Under the pieces are notes generated by a model. It was not told the DNA's origin. It did no database searches and saw only the letters and a list, made by a program, of their open reading frames with translations. 64,000 nucleotides of DNA from Tubulanus polymorphus. Its lineage: Eukaryota > Animalia > Nemertea. Each line of letters begins with the position of its first letter. The stretch's first letter is position 1. The stretch is from positions 6,534,231-6,598,230 of the forward strand of contig NC_134033.1 of assembly GCF_964204645.1 (NCBI RefSeq), read 5' to 3'. Made by a program: the position numbers and the translations under genes. This document shows, one piece after another, positions 1 through 12,179 of this stretch.

Positions 1-686
1 TCGTTTTGCAGCCCGAAACTCAAAGCATGAAGTGCATCCGTGACTACAGTCAGAAAAATCTGAATCGAGTATCATTGTAATTTCCTATTTTGAGGTTCGG
101 ATTAAGGGAGAGTCTAATACTACCAGATGGTCCTTCAGTTATACTTTTAAATCTAAATGATGTTACGTTTAATCTCTCTTTTTTGGAATTAATTGTAATG
201 AATGTTTAAAGTCACACTAATTAGTCTTCGGTGTTACATGCAACCCTCTCTAAAGATCATTGAGTTTGATAATCAGAATTTCTCTATACTTAAATTGGAA
301 TAATATTATGTTTGATCTTGAATCTTTTTAGTAGGACCGGATTAAAAAGATGTTTGAACTAAAAAGAAAAGGTTTCATAAGGGATGATTCACACTTCCTG
401 CATGTAGGCAAAAATTAGTTTTGAAAGTTTTGTAAGAAAGAATAATGCACAACAGAAAATGAAACAAAAAACGCTCAAATATATTTCTATATAAAGGATC
501 TTTATTTGTACATTTTATACTGAACCTACCAAAGAAAGGAAATAAACTCCAAAGCATATCGTTATAACTAAATTTTAGAAATACATTCTGCTGAAAAGTA
601 TGACTGGGTGCGTTGTTCATGGCGACTACCATATTCTTTCCCAATAACATTGCGCTTACATTTCATACCACGAATAACGCAATGCA

Positions 687-3137
687 AATATAGGGACTGG
701 GTGTCAGCTACACAGGACCTAATATAGGGACTGGGTGTCAGTTACACAGGACCTAATATAGGGACTGGGTGTCAGCTACACAGGACCTAATATAGGGACT
801 GGGTGTCAGCTACACAGGACCTAATATAGGGACTGGGTGTCAGCTACACAGGACCTAATATAGGGACTGGGTGTCAGTTACACAGGACCTAATATAGGGA
901 CTGGGTGTCAGCTACACAGGACCTAATATAGGGACAGGGTGTCAGCTACACAGGACCTAATATAGGGACTGGGTGTCCGCTACACAGGACCTAATATAGG
1001 GACTGGGTGTCCGCTACACAGGACCTTATACAGGGACTGGGTGTCAGCTACTCAGGACCTAATATAGGGACTGGGTGTCAGCTACACAGGACCTTATACA
1101 GGGACTGGGTGTCAGCTACACAGGACCTAATATAGGGACTGGGTGTCAGCTACACAGGACCTTATACAGGGACTGGGTGTCAGCTACACAGGATCTAATA
1201 TAGGGACTGGGTGTCAGCTACACAGGACCTAATATAGGGACTGGGTGTCAGCTACACAGGACCTTATACAGGGACTGGGTGTCAGCTACACAGGACCTAA
1301 TATAGGGACTGGGTGCCAGTTACACAGGACCTAATATAAGGCCTGGGTGTCAGCTACACAGGACCTAATATAGGGACTGGGTGTCAGCTACACAGGACCT
1401 AATATAGGGACTGGGTGCCAGTTACACAGGGCCTAATATAGGGACTGGGTGTCAGCTACACAGGACCTTATACAGGGACTGGGTGTCAGCTACACAGGAC
1501 CTAATATAGGGACTGGGTGTCAGCTACACAGGACCTTATACAGGGACTGGGTGTCAGCTACACAGGATCTAATATAGGGACTGGGTGTCAGCTACACAGG
1601 ACCTAATATAGGGACTGGGTGTCAGCTACACAGGACCTTATACAGGGACTGGGTGTCAGCTACACAGGACCTAATATAGGGACTGGGTGCCAGTTACACA
1701 GGACCTAATATAAGGCCTGGGTGTCAGCTACACAGGACCTAATATAGGGACTGGGTGTCAGCTACACAGGACCTTATACATGGACTGGGTGTCAGCTACA
1801 CAGGACCTAATATAGGGACTGGGTGTCAGCTACACAGGACCTAATATAAGGACTGGGTGTCAGCTACACAGGACCTAATATAGGGACTGGGTGCCAGTTA
1901 CACAGGGCCTAATATAGGGACTGGCTGTCAGCTACACAGGGCCTAATATAGGGACTGGGTGCCAGTTACACAGGGCCTAATATAGGGACTGGGTGTCAGC
2001 TACACAGGACCTAATATAGGGACTGGGTGCCAGTTACACAGGGCCTAATACAGGGACTAGGTGTCAGCTACACAGGACCTAATATAAGGACTGGGTGTCA
2101 GTTACACAGGGCCTAATATAGGGACTGGGTGTCAGCTACACAGGACCTAATATAAGGACTGGGTGTCAGCTACACAGGACCTAACATAAGGACTGGGTGT
2201 CAGCTACACAGGGCCTAATATAAGGACTGGGTGCCAGTTACACAGGGCCTAATTTAGGGACTGGGTGTCAGTTACACAGGACCTAATATAAGGACTGGGT
2301 GCCAGTAACACAGGGCCTAATATAAGGACTGGGTGCCAGTTACACAGGGCCTAATATAAGGACTGGGTGCCAGTTACACAGGGCCTAATATAAGGACTGG
2401 GTGCCAGTTACACAGGGCCTAATATGGGGACTGGGTGTCAGCTACACAGGACCTAATATGAGGACTGGGTGCCAGTTACACAGGGCCTAATATAAGGACT
2501 GGGTGCCAGTTACACAGGGCCTAATATAGGGACTGGGTGTCAGTTACACAGGGCCTAATATAAGGACTGGGTGCCAGTTACACAGGGTCTAATATAGGGA
2601 CTGGGTGTCAGCTACACAGGACCTAATATAAGGACTGGGTGCCAGTTACACAGGGCCTAATATAGGGACTGGGTGTCAGCTACACAGGACCTAATATAAG
2701 GACTGGGTGCCAGTTACACAGGGCCTAATATAAGGACTGGGTGCCAGTTACACAGGGCCTAATATAAGGACTGGGTGTCAGCTACACAGGACCTAACATA
2801 AGGACTGGGTGTCAGCTACACAGGGCCTAATATAAGGACTGGGTGCCAGTTACACAGGGCCTAATATAGGGACTGGGTGTCAGTTACACAGGGCCTAATA
2901 TAAGGACTGGGTGCCAGTTACACAGGGCCTAATATAGGGACTGGGTGTCAGCTACACAGGATCTTATACATGGACTGGGTGCCAGTTACACAGGGCCTAA
3001 TATAAGGACTGGGTGCCAGTTACACAGGGCCTAATATAAGGACTGGGTGCCAGTTACACAGGGCCTAATATAAGGACTGGGTGCCAGTTACACAGGGCCT
3101 AATACAGGGACTGGGTGCCAGTAGTTACACAGGGCCT
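687..3137. repeat. 34-bp minisatellite, about 72 copies
   Basis: Unit AATATAGGGACTGGGTGTCAGCTACACAGGACCT recurs every 34 nt (e.g. 721, 755); variants drift toward AATATAAGG...GCCAGTTACACAGGGCCT at the 3' end. Confidence 0.97.
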
Positions 3138-4521
3138 ATATATAGCATAGAGACTGGCTGGGGCCGCGGGGGTCTACACAGGGCTAATAATATAGGGACA
3201 GAGAAATACAGAGACAGGGCCCAATATTAGGAGGAATTTACCTGGCTGAAGGGATACCATCGTCAACATTATCATCGACACGCCTTCTTGGAATCTGGAT
3301 GCGTGACTTCCAGTGACTGCTCAAAATATGACTTTTTTTGAACATGTGAAATCTTATTCGATTTGAACTTAGTGAATGGACAAAGTGGGAAGTGGTAGCG
3401 CTCACTCTTGTATTTTTCAGCACAACATAAACCACTACACAGTTCAAGCTGAGCGTGAATCTCCCCAATATCACGGTAAAAAGTTGACATCTTTAACCAG
3501 AACTAATCAACTAATCATCCAAACTGCCACCATTTTGTGAAATCACATGACTGATATGTTTCCCAGGAGGAGTGCTCCGGATTGTGTGCTACGCGCTTAG
3601 TGTGGGAGCTACTCGGTGTCAGTTGCTACATGTCAAGTTCATATGTAACTCTCACAGGTTACTGTGAATAAATGGGATTCGACCATTCAAAAGTTCAAAA
3701 TGTACTTTCTTGTTTTGTAAAACAAGTTTATTCATGTCGTTATATAAAGCATTTTGTTTTAAACATTCTTTAATAATGTTTGTTGAGTTTAAAGCCAATT
3801 GTCGTTGTGTAATTCCATACTGGTCACTGACATCAAAGTTTTAGTTTCTGTTCACATGTCTCGACTTATAAATATCCAACTTGTATGTTCTATCTTTTCA
3901 TACAGGCCATGTGATTAATTGCGTATCACTCCGTTAGTTTAAAAAGAGAGCACATATTTCGATATTGTTGAATAATTAACTACATTTTTTTCTGTCACAC
4001 GTTGATTTTTACCCATCACTTATAAAATTCAAATGTACGTGATGTATTCTGTAAGCTATGTAAGCTTGTTCTTAAAAATATACTATGAATTTTCAATTTG
4101 TACTGACCATAATAGTTTATTTTTCGTGAATAAAATTTATATTTTAATCAAATAATTTCAAAATCTTTTCTATGCCCTCTGCAACAGAAAGTTACTAAGG
4201 ACTATTACATATTCAGATGTACGTTGATAATTGATTTCAATCGTCCCTTGAAATAATTATATGAACATTATATCGGAAAATGCAGGTGGCGCACAATCAT
4301 AATACATACAACTCATCAAGCTGACGAGTCGTTTCCGTAACCAAGACGGGTAACCAATCTACTCAATTCCACAGACAACTAAACGACCAGAGTAACCCCC
4401 AATTTGACTATAACTATGAATTATGTTATGTTAAACCACATTGGTGTGACACATCAAATGCGTATCCCGTATTGATATATTTCTATTATCCACTTTTCAA
4501 ATTATGAATAGCACGCCTGCT

Positions 4522-4556
4522 CAGAAAACCCGTTATCGCTGCTTCGCAGCTATATT
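4522..4556 (+). mobile_element. 3' end of a Helentron-like non-autonomous element (subTIR plus hairpin)
   Basis: CAGAAAACCCGTTATCGCTGCTTCGCAGCTATATT with GCTGC-ttc-GCAGC stem-loop; the same end recurs near 5740, 20556, 38062(-) and 41912(-). Confidence 0.6.
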
Positions 4557-4571
4557 TATTATTATTATTAC

Positions 4572-5775
4572 TTAAGCCGGACGTAGGTCAGCTTTGCGAC
4601 GGCTTGTGACTCACTGCGACGCCATTCACTGCCACCGCCAGCGACGATTGTGTCGCAACGACTCATCGACCTAAAGTCGGTTCCGACTGTCAGCAACGCC
4701 AGTCACAAGGAGTCGCACGTGTTCGACTTTCTTCAACGCGACACGACTGTCACAACTGACCTACGCGCTCTTGCAACTGGCAGAAACTATAGTCACAAAC
4801 AGTTGCTGACAATCGTATCGCACCAAAACTTGCGATGCAACGCAATGATCGCATCGCGTCGCAAGGCCAACCTACGTCCGGCTTTAAGTTACTGCGGAGC
4901 CCCAGAAATATCTTCTTTTTTTCGTTCAAAAGACCTTTCGCTTGAAAATTTTTTGTCGGAACAAAATTTATTTCGTTCGAACTAATAATATTCTGTTCGA
5001 TTGAACCAATTTGAAACAATCGTTAGAAAAAAGCTGAACAAACTTTTTTTGTGTCCAAACGAAAGGTTTTCGTTCGAACAATCGTTCGATCGAACAGGAT
5101 CGTTTTAATTTGAACAGAATTTTCTTGTCAGCACATTAAGTTTTTCGTTCGAACAAGTATATTTTAAAAAGTTTCTGAACCAAAAGTATTAAGTATTTCG
5201 TTCAATCGAACAGAATTGTTTTCATTCAAACATTCGTTCGAAAATGTTTTCGCTCAATCAAATTTTTGACGGGACAAAAAGTTTTTCATATCAACAAAAA
5301 CATAGCTTTTTATTGGAACACATTTTTTGTCAGAATGAAGAAAAGTTTTGGTTCAAACAAAAAGTGTATTGCTCGATCAAACAGAATTGTTTGCATTCGA
5401 ACAAGATTTTCTTGTCGAAACATTAAGTTTTTTGGTCGAACGGCGTGTTAAGGTCGTTTTGGAAATTTACTCGGTCTGGTATGTTTCATTTGTCAGGACA
5501 TTAAACAAAAGACGATTTAGGATACTACCTTGCGTGACTCCACTAGTTAGACCGACTTATTCCAAGATGATGTTGTTCGTTGATTTCGGCTACAAGTTTT
5601 CGTTCAGAGATAACTGCTGAGCCATTTGAGCGACCTATCATTGATACTGTTTCCTAATAGCCTGTTTAGTAATGGCTGATGTTGTGCCTTATCAAATGCT
5701 TTGTCGAAATCCACCGTTGAACAGGATTCTAAGACTGTGCAGAAAACACGTTATCGCTGCTTTGCAGCTATATTT
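4572..5775 (+). mobile_element. Helentron-like (HINE) element, 3' portion, including an internal ~315-bp TIR-bounded module
   Basis: Reverse-complement homology to 38062-39305 over its length and to 20206-20591 at its 3' end; ends in the subTIR/hairpin motif; AAGCCGGACGTAGGT...ACCTACGTCCGGCTT inverted repeat at 4574-4885. Confidence 0.7.
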
Positions 5776-5787
5776 AAAATTAAAATT

Positions 5788-6119
5788 TTAATACATAACA
5801 CTATTCAATTGAGAATTTATGATATTTAATTGCGCGTCACATATAATATAAATGTGCATTTTAAAATTTAAGCTTCCTTTTTTCTTTTTCATGAATAATT
5901 GTATTCCATCTTTAGTGTTCTGTAGTTTTTTCCCAGAACCTTGTAATGAATTATCCTCTGTTGTTCTAAAATCTAACCATAATGCATATTTATTACCGGT
6001 ATAATAATCTATTTGATTAATATTACAATTTTCAGATGATTTTATTTTTTCATTCTTTCTGCTTTAATAGCATTAGATATTCTAGGATTCTTAGGAGGAT
6101 TTATATAACTCCCACTCAT
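5788..6119 (-). pseudogene. Major capsid protein remnant with ~0.9-kb internal deletion
   Basis: Start MSGSYINP..RISNAIKAER joined to the C-terminal YYTGNKYALWLDFRTTEDNSL..SGKKLQNTKDGIQLFM, matching both ends of 53689-54936. Confidence 0.85.
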
Positions 6120-6139
6120 TTATTTAACAAAAAAATTAA

Positions 6140-9005
6140 TTATTTATTTTTTATCATATTCACTAACCCAAAAATAATAACACTTACAACTGTAATTAAA
6201 AATAAAATAATATGATCAGCAGCAAAGTTAAGAATATTCCCAGCAGATTTCAATATAAAACCAATAATTGATGCAATAACTCCGGGTAAAGCTGCAGCAG
6301 ATTTTTTAGATAGTTCCCATAGATATTTTGCTAATTTCTTTAAACCATCCTTAACTTTATCTTGTATAGAATTATTACTCGGAGGTTTATCCGGTTTATT
6401 GGGAGTAGGTGTAGATTTTAATGAATTTGATATTGCTAAACCAATTGTTGTGAATACCATAGTTACAGCTGTTAGAATTGAAAGAGTTGTTATGCCTTCT
6501 AATTTATATAATAATTTTATTCTGTCTTTCAATGATATTTTAGAATCTGGTTTTATCATTAAATCTTTAAAAATAACTTTTAATTTTTTAATATGATTAA
6601 GATCATATGATTTTAATAATATATCTCTTTCTTTTTCCTGTAATTCTTTGTTATATTTTAAATCATCTATTTCTTTTTCTAAAGCTAACTTTCTGCATTC
6701 ATAATCAACTTCATCAATTACTTGAATATCTCTATTTAATTCTAATTGTTTTAATTCTTCATTTGCATTAGTTAATTCTTTTTCTGAAATGGTTATTTTA
6801 GAAAATCCCATCTTAATATAAGCAATTTCACCAGCTGATTCTTGCATACCTTTAATTTCTCTACGTGCTTGTTCAGGAAATATTTTTAATTGTTCTTCAT
6901 TTAAATCAAGTAATCCTTTTTCTAGTAAGGATTGCATTCGAAATATTCCAGTTTCAGTACCAGATGTATCTAACATACTATTCATCAGTTCTTCTGTATC
7001 ACTTAATCTATAAATTTGTTTTTCTAATACTAATTGTAATTGACTTGAATAATTATCAATTTGTTGAATATCTCTTCTCGATGTTTCTGGTGTTGAAGTT
7101 GTTTATTTATCTAATCGATCTCTATACTCTTCCATTTCTGGGTCAACATAAGTAGGATTTGGATTTGGATTTTTAAATGGTGAATAATTGTTAATATCAA
7201 TATTCGGAATTGTTTTTTTTTTCATTTACCCTTTCGAGTGCATTCCATAATTCTGAGAAATTCTAAACCACCTTTTGAACGTTCAATTGTAGATCTTGCT
7301 CGCATTTCAGGTTCATACATATTTTCTTGTCCCATTCTAGATAATTGAATTGTTACAGTTTTCCTATTTAATTCAAGATTATAATACCACGCATCATTTT
7401 CAAATTCTAAATTATTCGTGAAAAATGGGTCATCTTTTAGAATTTGTATTACAATATCTTCTGAATCAACTTTATCTATTACATCTTTTGGTAATAATTC
7501 GTTTACAACTTTATCTGTTACTCTAGGTTTCATTTTATATAATTCCAGTTTTAAATCAGGAAATTCTTCCTGTTGTAATTGTAATTGATTCATTAAATCT
7601 TTTCTTTCTGATCTAGTTGAAATTCTACCACTTGCTTCAGCCCCTTTATATCTTTCTAATTTTTCATGTAATTCATCGTAAGAACCACTATTTTTAGGAT
7701 CTAAAGTAGAACATACATCATCTTCACCTAAATTAGTATTATATGCTGATCCATCATCATTATCAATATTAGTTTCATTAAAATCGGGGTGTAGTTCATC
7801 ACTTATACCATGGACGTATAAACTAGAAGGACGGCGCACCAGCCTAGTTCAAAGGAATCCACTGTATTTCCGACACTCGTTATCAGCGCTGAGTTAACAC
7901 TTCACACTTCTTGCCTATTGCGTAATTCCATCTGGGGAACAATGATATCGACAGCTTTGGCTGTGATTCGGGTATATTCGGCTAGTTCCGACAGAAGTTA
8001 GTTTTTTTAACAAGCTAAGTTTTTTAACAACAATTTAATCAATCTAGAAAATATTATATGATTTAAAATATATTTTGTGTTGAATTCTAAATTTCATTGT
8101 CTCAAATTTTAAGCTTTACTTAGACCGCAAAAATATCCACACTCAAGAAAGGTATCTGAACTAACAAATATTTTTTTCAATTTCATCGTTTATTAATTAT
8201 ACAATATGAAAATAAGAAATACAGTCAGTAATGTGAATATAATGACTATGAATTTGTAATTTGTAAATTTGTTATAACATGTGATACTACTTGAGAAATT
8301 TTAAGAATGACCCTCCGTCAACAACCATTGTTTGAAATTTCCCGAAGCTCATCTGAAAATATAAAAACGATTAAACAAAACCATGATTTACGATTTTAAA
8401 GTTTGTTCATGAAATAGTCTTTTAGCTTGGTATACATATTATACGTATGTGCAGATTATTCTTATGACTGAAAACTTCAGAACGTTACTCCTAGAAAATC
8501 CGTTCAAATGGAAGGCAGAATTATTAAAACACTTCGATTTTCTAGTCAGAATTTCGACAATTTGGTATCATTTGGCGTTCAAACCATGTGGACTAGCTTA
8601 AAGATGAGCTCTTTCTTCATTTAAATGCATAATTCAAAGATGGAGGAAAAGAGTGTGACTATGAGAAATTTGGCTTTAATTCACCTTAACTTTGAAAAAT
8701 GTTATGATGTGCATCCGTCACTTGATGTGCCGTAGATTCGCTAAAAATTGCGCATGTCTATTACGCATATAAATAGCATCTATTACGCTTGCGCATTCCC
8801 GTAACTCTGTTCCTGGAAACGAGACGCTAGCCAGTTGCCCGTAAGAACGGGCACCTGTTCAGCGCGCACTTGCAAATACAGTGCGAACGGCTGTTATCAG
8901 CGGGGCCTTTGATCTTATAGGCTGGTGCGCCGTCCTTCTAGTTTATACGTCCATGCTTATACCAGGGGTGTCACCAAAAGTATACATTGGAATATCTTCT
9001 TCCAT
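6140..9005 (-). pseudogene. Homolog of the 486-aa coiled-coil membrane protein, interrupted by a MITE and frameshifts
   Basis: Removing 7809-8955 plus one TSD gives MEEDIPMYTFGDTPGISDELHPDFNETNIDNDDGSAYN...; C-terminal 6140-6985 closely matches the C-terminus of 52187-53647. Confidence 0.85.
7809..8955. mobile_element. Non-autonomous TIR transposon (P-element-like MITE), 1147 bp
   Basis: Perfect 38-bp TIRs CATGGACGTATAAACTAGAAGGACGGCGCACCAGCCTA; 7-bp TSD CTTATAC (7802-7808, 8956-8962). CA...TG ends with a 7-8 bp TSD fit the P superfamily. Confidence 0.9.
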
Positions 9006-9021
9006 TTATATAATAAAAAAT

Positions 9022-10215
9022 TTAAAATTTAAAATATAATATTCCTCCTATTACAATTCCTATACAAGTTATAGCTAATTTAGCATTTTCATGGGATTTA
9101 TTATCATTATCAGTTTTAAATATGTCATGTTGAATATTATCAGTTTTTATATCACCGTGTGGGTGCCTTACGGCACCATTTTCTGATGTATTGTAATCTT
9201 TTATTTTAGAATCATTATTTAATTTAATATTCTTAGTTTTAGTTTCTGTTGATTGAATATGTTTTTTAATTTTTTCACCTTCCATTAATTTTGGAGCAGT
9301 AATAATCTTTTTATTGATATCATTCAATCCAAATGAATTATTTATTGTTGCAGTTTTTATCAAATTATTATAACCAATTATATTTCCCATCTTTAAAACT
9401 AAATAATTAGAAATAATTAATAGATTAGGGCCTATACAATAATTTAATCTAATATGTGATTTATGTAGATAATTTTGGTACCTAACTATGTTTTCTGGAA
9501 TCGATCTATTTTCATCATTATGAATGGAATCTTCAAATAATACTTTGAATTGTTTTTGTGTATCAAATGAAGTGTTATCATTTCCAACTATTGGTGATCT
9601 TGTTTCAACTTGAGCGCCTAGAATACATATCAAATAAGTTCTAATTGATTGATTTATTCTTTGTATGCCGGATTTTGTAAAACCTTCACTATTTTCTAAA
9701 ATAAAATTAATCCAACAATTATTATTTTGTTGTTGTATATTATTATAATATTTTGGTAATTCATTCCAATTTAGTGTTCTTATATCTGTATTTGTCATTA
9801 TTTTTCCAAATTCTTTAGTATATAATATTCCTAATCCACCCATTGTTCCAATTTTTTGATCTAAAATCATTATTTGAATTAATATTAAATTCATTACATA
9901 TTTTATAAAACTTAGAAAAATTAATATTATTATTTAGTTCATTAAAATATTTTGAACCTGGTAAAGGGCACTCTAATTCATCTAATATTAATTTTGTTTG
10001 AAAATATGTATGAAATCTAAAAAGTGATAAATAACATCAATGGTAAACTTGGTTTGTTTAAATGATCATTCCAACTTATACCACTCCCTGTTGTTGCACA
10101 ATAAACAGCAAAATTTAATTGGTTCTGCCAATACATACTTCATATTAGATTTTAATAACCATTGTTTTGTCTCAGTTAAATTTTTAAAATTAATTGTATA
10201 CACATGAAATATATG
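9022..10215 (-). pseudogene. Homolog of the 471-aa C-terminally anchored Polinton protein, frameshifted and 5'-deleted
   Basis: ORF 9022-9894 is highly similar to the C-terminal part of 50755-52170; the upstream YWQNQLNFAVYCAT motif is present out of frame. Confidence 0.88.
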
Positions 10216-10258
10216 AGGAATAATATCAATATTATCAACTTATCAACAAAAATTACTA

Positions 10259-10694
10259 ATTAGTAAATTTATATGCTACAAATATAACAATAACAGTTCC
10301 ACCTAAAATCCGTATTATTTCATATTTCTGTTGTTCTTTACTTAAGGTATAATAATCTGACAATTTAGGTTTGTATAGATGTAATTTTTCTTTGTTGGTT
10401 ACCGCGTTATATAAACTCATTGCATCATCAACGGATTGAAAATCTCTATGAGAAATCTTCTGAGCATATAATTCTTTATTGATGTAATTCTTTATTGATG
10501 TAATCCATGTAATTTTTTCTCTTCTCTCTATATTCTTCTGCTGCTTTATTATATTTTTCTAACGCTAAGTTATGTCTTTTTTGTTCTGCTAATGAACTAT
10601 CTTTATCAATATGCTTAGATAAATAACCACCACCTGTAAATGCTAAAGCGTTAACAATTGCCGATCCTATAATAGTTATAATTGCCGATGCCAT
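10259..10694 (-). pseudogene. Homolog of the 140-aa Polinton membrane protein, disrupted
   Basis: MASAIITIIGSAIVNALAFTGGGY... matches 49862-50284; a short internal duplication near 10470-10500 breaks the frame. Confidence 0.88.
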
Positions 10695-10717
10695 TTATTT
10701 AGCAAAAAAATATGCAT

Positions 10718-10939
10718 TTATATAGGAGGAATATATTTTTGTTTTTCCAAATAATCAATAGTTAAATTAGATAAAGTAACTGCTAGCGTCAATTTTAAGA
10801 TATCATTTATATCAAATCTATCAACATTAACACTTCCCATTTTAAATACTTTTTTTAATACCATTGAATAACCAACAGTTCCAACTGATAGTAAGGCACC
10901 ATAATATAATCCAGTTATTATCCACTTATTATCACTCAT
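10718..10939 (-). CDS. 73-aa hydrophobic Polinton protein
   Basis: Differs from 49616-49837 at one residue (Y vs N at position 13). Confidence 0.85.
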   Translation of the reverse strand: MSDNKWIITGLYYGALLSVGTVGYSMVLKKVFKMGSVNVDRFDINDILKLTLAVTLSNLTIDYLEKQKYIPPI

Positions 10940-11595
10940 TTATTTATCAAAAAAATTACTATCTTCAAAATATTTAGTTATCTTATTTATGATTATTTCA
11001 ACATTTATAGTATTATTAGTTTTATGATTATCATATATTTTGGATAATATGTTTTTAATGTCATCGATAATTCCATCTTCACCAGAATTACAAGTTATAT
11101 CTTTAGTTGCTTCGAATGTTTTTGTAGGATCGCTTAAATTGCAATAAATATAAAAGTGTGTAAAAGGTATTAAGTTTGGTGTAGCATCAATATTTGTAAA
11201 AGATTTACCTGGAAGAATTCCTAACACAACAACCTTATCTTTATTTTGTTAGAACTCTCACTTTTCAAAAATCTGATATTAAACCCGGAATTATTACCTG
11301 ACTTGTGCCAGGCTTTTCTATTAATTTCTTGTGCCAATGTATCTAAATTATGTAACCCTGGTTTTAAATATATATAGGCCCATTCATTTTTATTTTTATT
11401 ACACATTAAAAAGGCTCTATGTTCAACAGTTTTATTCGATATATTGTAAAATGAGTTACATAAACTAATATTTACTAATTTTAAATCTACACAATTCTTA
11501 AATTCTCTATCTAATTGTACTAATAAATTATGTGATTTATAATTAGTAAGTCTTCTTGAATCAACAAATATTCTGTATTCTTTTAATTCTACCAT
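10940..11595 (-). pseudogene. Minor capsid (penton-like) remnant fused by deletion to the C-terminus of the next small gene
   Basis: MVELKEYRIFVDSR... and FTHFYIYCNL match 48485-49242; INVEIIINKITKYF..SNFFDK matches the end of 49319-49615. Confidence 0.85.
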
Positions 11596-11611
11596 TTATT
11601 TTACATATTTT

Positions 11612-11964
11612 TTATTCGAAATCTATTTCATGGTGCCCTTTGTCATTCTTACCTTTGTATATGAAATAGAAATCTCCAGAACATAATTCTTCTAAATCTT
11701 CACTTGATAATCTATGAAATCTATCTGGTAAATATTTTCTGAATTCATATGTATTTCCTTTTAATCCTTCATATTCTAAGTGGATACTAATTTATCTCCA
11801 TATTTATTAGTAACTGTATCAATATTTGTAATTAGATATTTCTGATGAATTGTTAATTCTGTTAACTTTTTGAATTTATAATCTACAGATTTTACATTTG
11901 TAGTATCTTTTATTCTATCTAGAAATGATTTGTTGTTCTCACTGTGTACTTGTTTACTCTCCAT
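11612..11964 (-). pseudogene. ~117-aa Polinton-associated protein, 1-nt frameshift, absent from the full-length element
   Basis: MESKQVHSE...KFKKLTELTIHQKYLITNID...EYEGLKG...YLPDRFHRL...FYFIYKG; homolog split between 37967-38061 and 62864-63070. Confidence 0.7.
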
Positions 11965-12023
11965 TTTAATAACATATTTTTTATTAAAATTGATTCTAGA
12001 AGTTATTAGATTAATATTTCAAG

Positions 12024-12175
12024 AGTAATAGGGAGTATGTTGTTCTAGATTAAAGGTTGAGAGGTCGAGTGAGTAAAAAATGAAAAATAAATTCGCGTGT
12101 GCGAGAATTTATTTTTCATTTTTTACACACTCGACCTTTCGACCTTTGATCTAGAACAACTTATTCCCTATTACT
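12024..12175. repeat. 152-bp fold-back (AGTAAT...ATTACT) at the edge of Polinton copy C
   Basis: Arms of about 70 bp are near-perfect reverse complements around the central TTCGCGTGTGCGAGAA. Confidence 0.9.
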
Positions 12176-12179
12176 TCGG

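Larger units (their letters stand above)
5776..12175 (-). mobile_element. Degraded Polinton-like element (copy C): hairpin, small ORF, penton, membrane-protein cluster, MCP remnant
   Basis: Colinear homologs of genes 48485-54936 of the full-length element (73-aa ORF nearly identical; 140-, 471- and 486-aa ORFs, penton and MCP ends recognisable), with deletions, frameshifts and a MITE insertion. Confidence 0.92.

Noticed and set aside
687-3137. CRISPR-like regular repeats
   Set aside because: Units are contiguous with no unique spacers, no cas genes, and the context is eukaryotic.
3238-3560. Possible first exon of a minus-strand Cys/His-rich gene (HFPLCP motif, donor near 3240)
   Set aside because: Frame is broken and no downstream exon could be linked with confidence.
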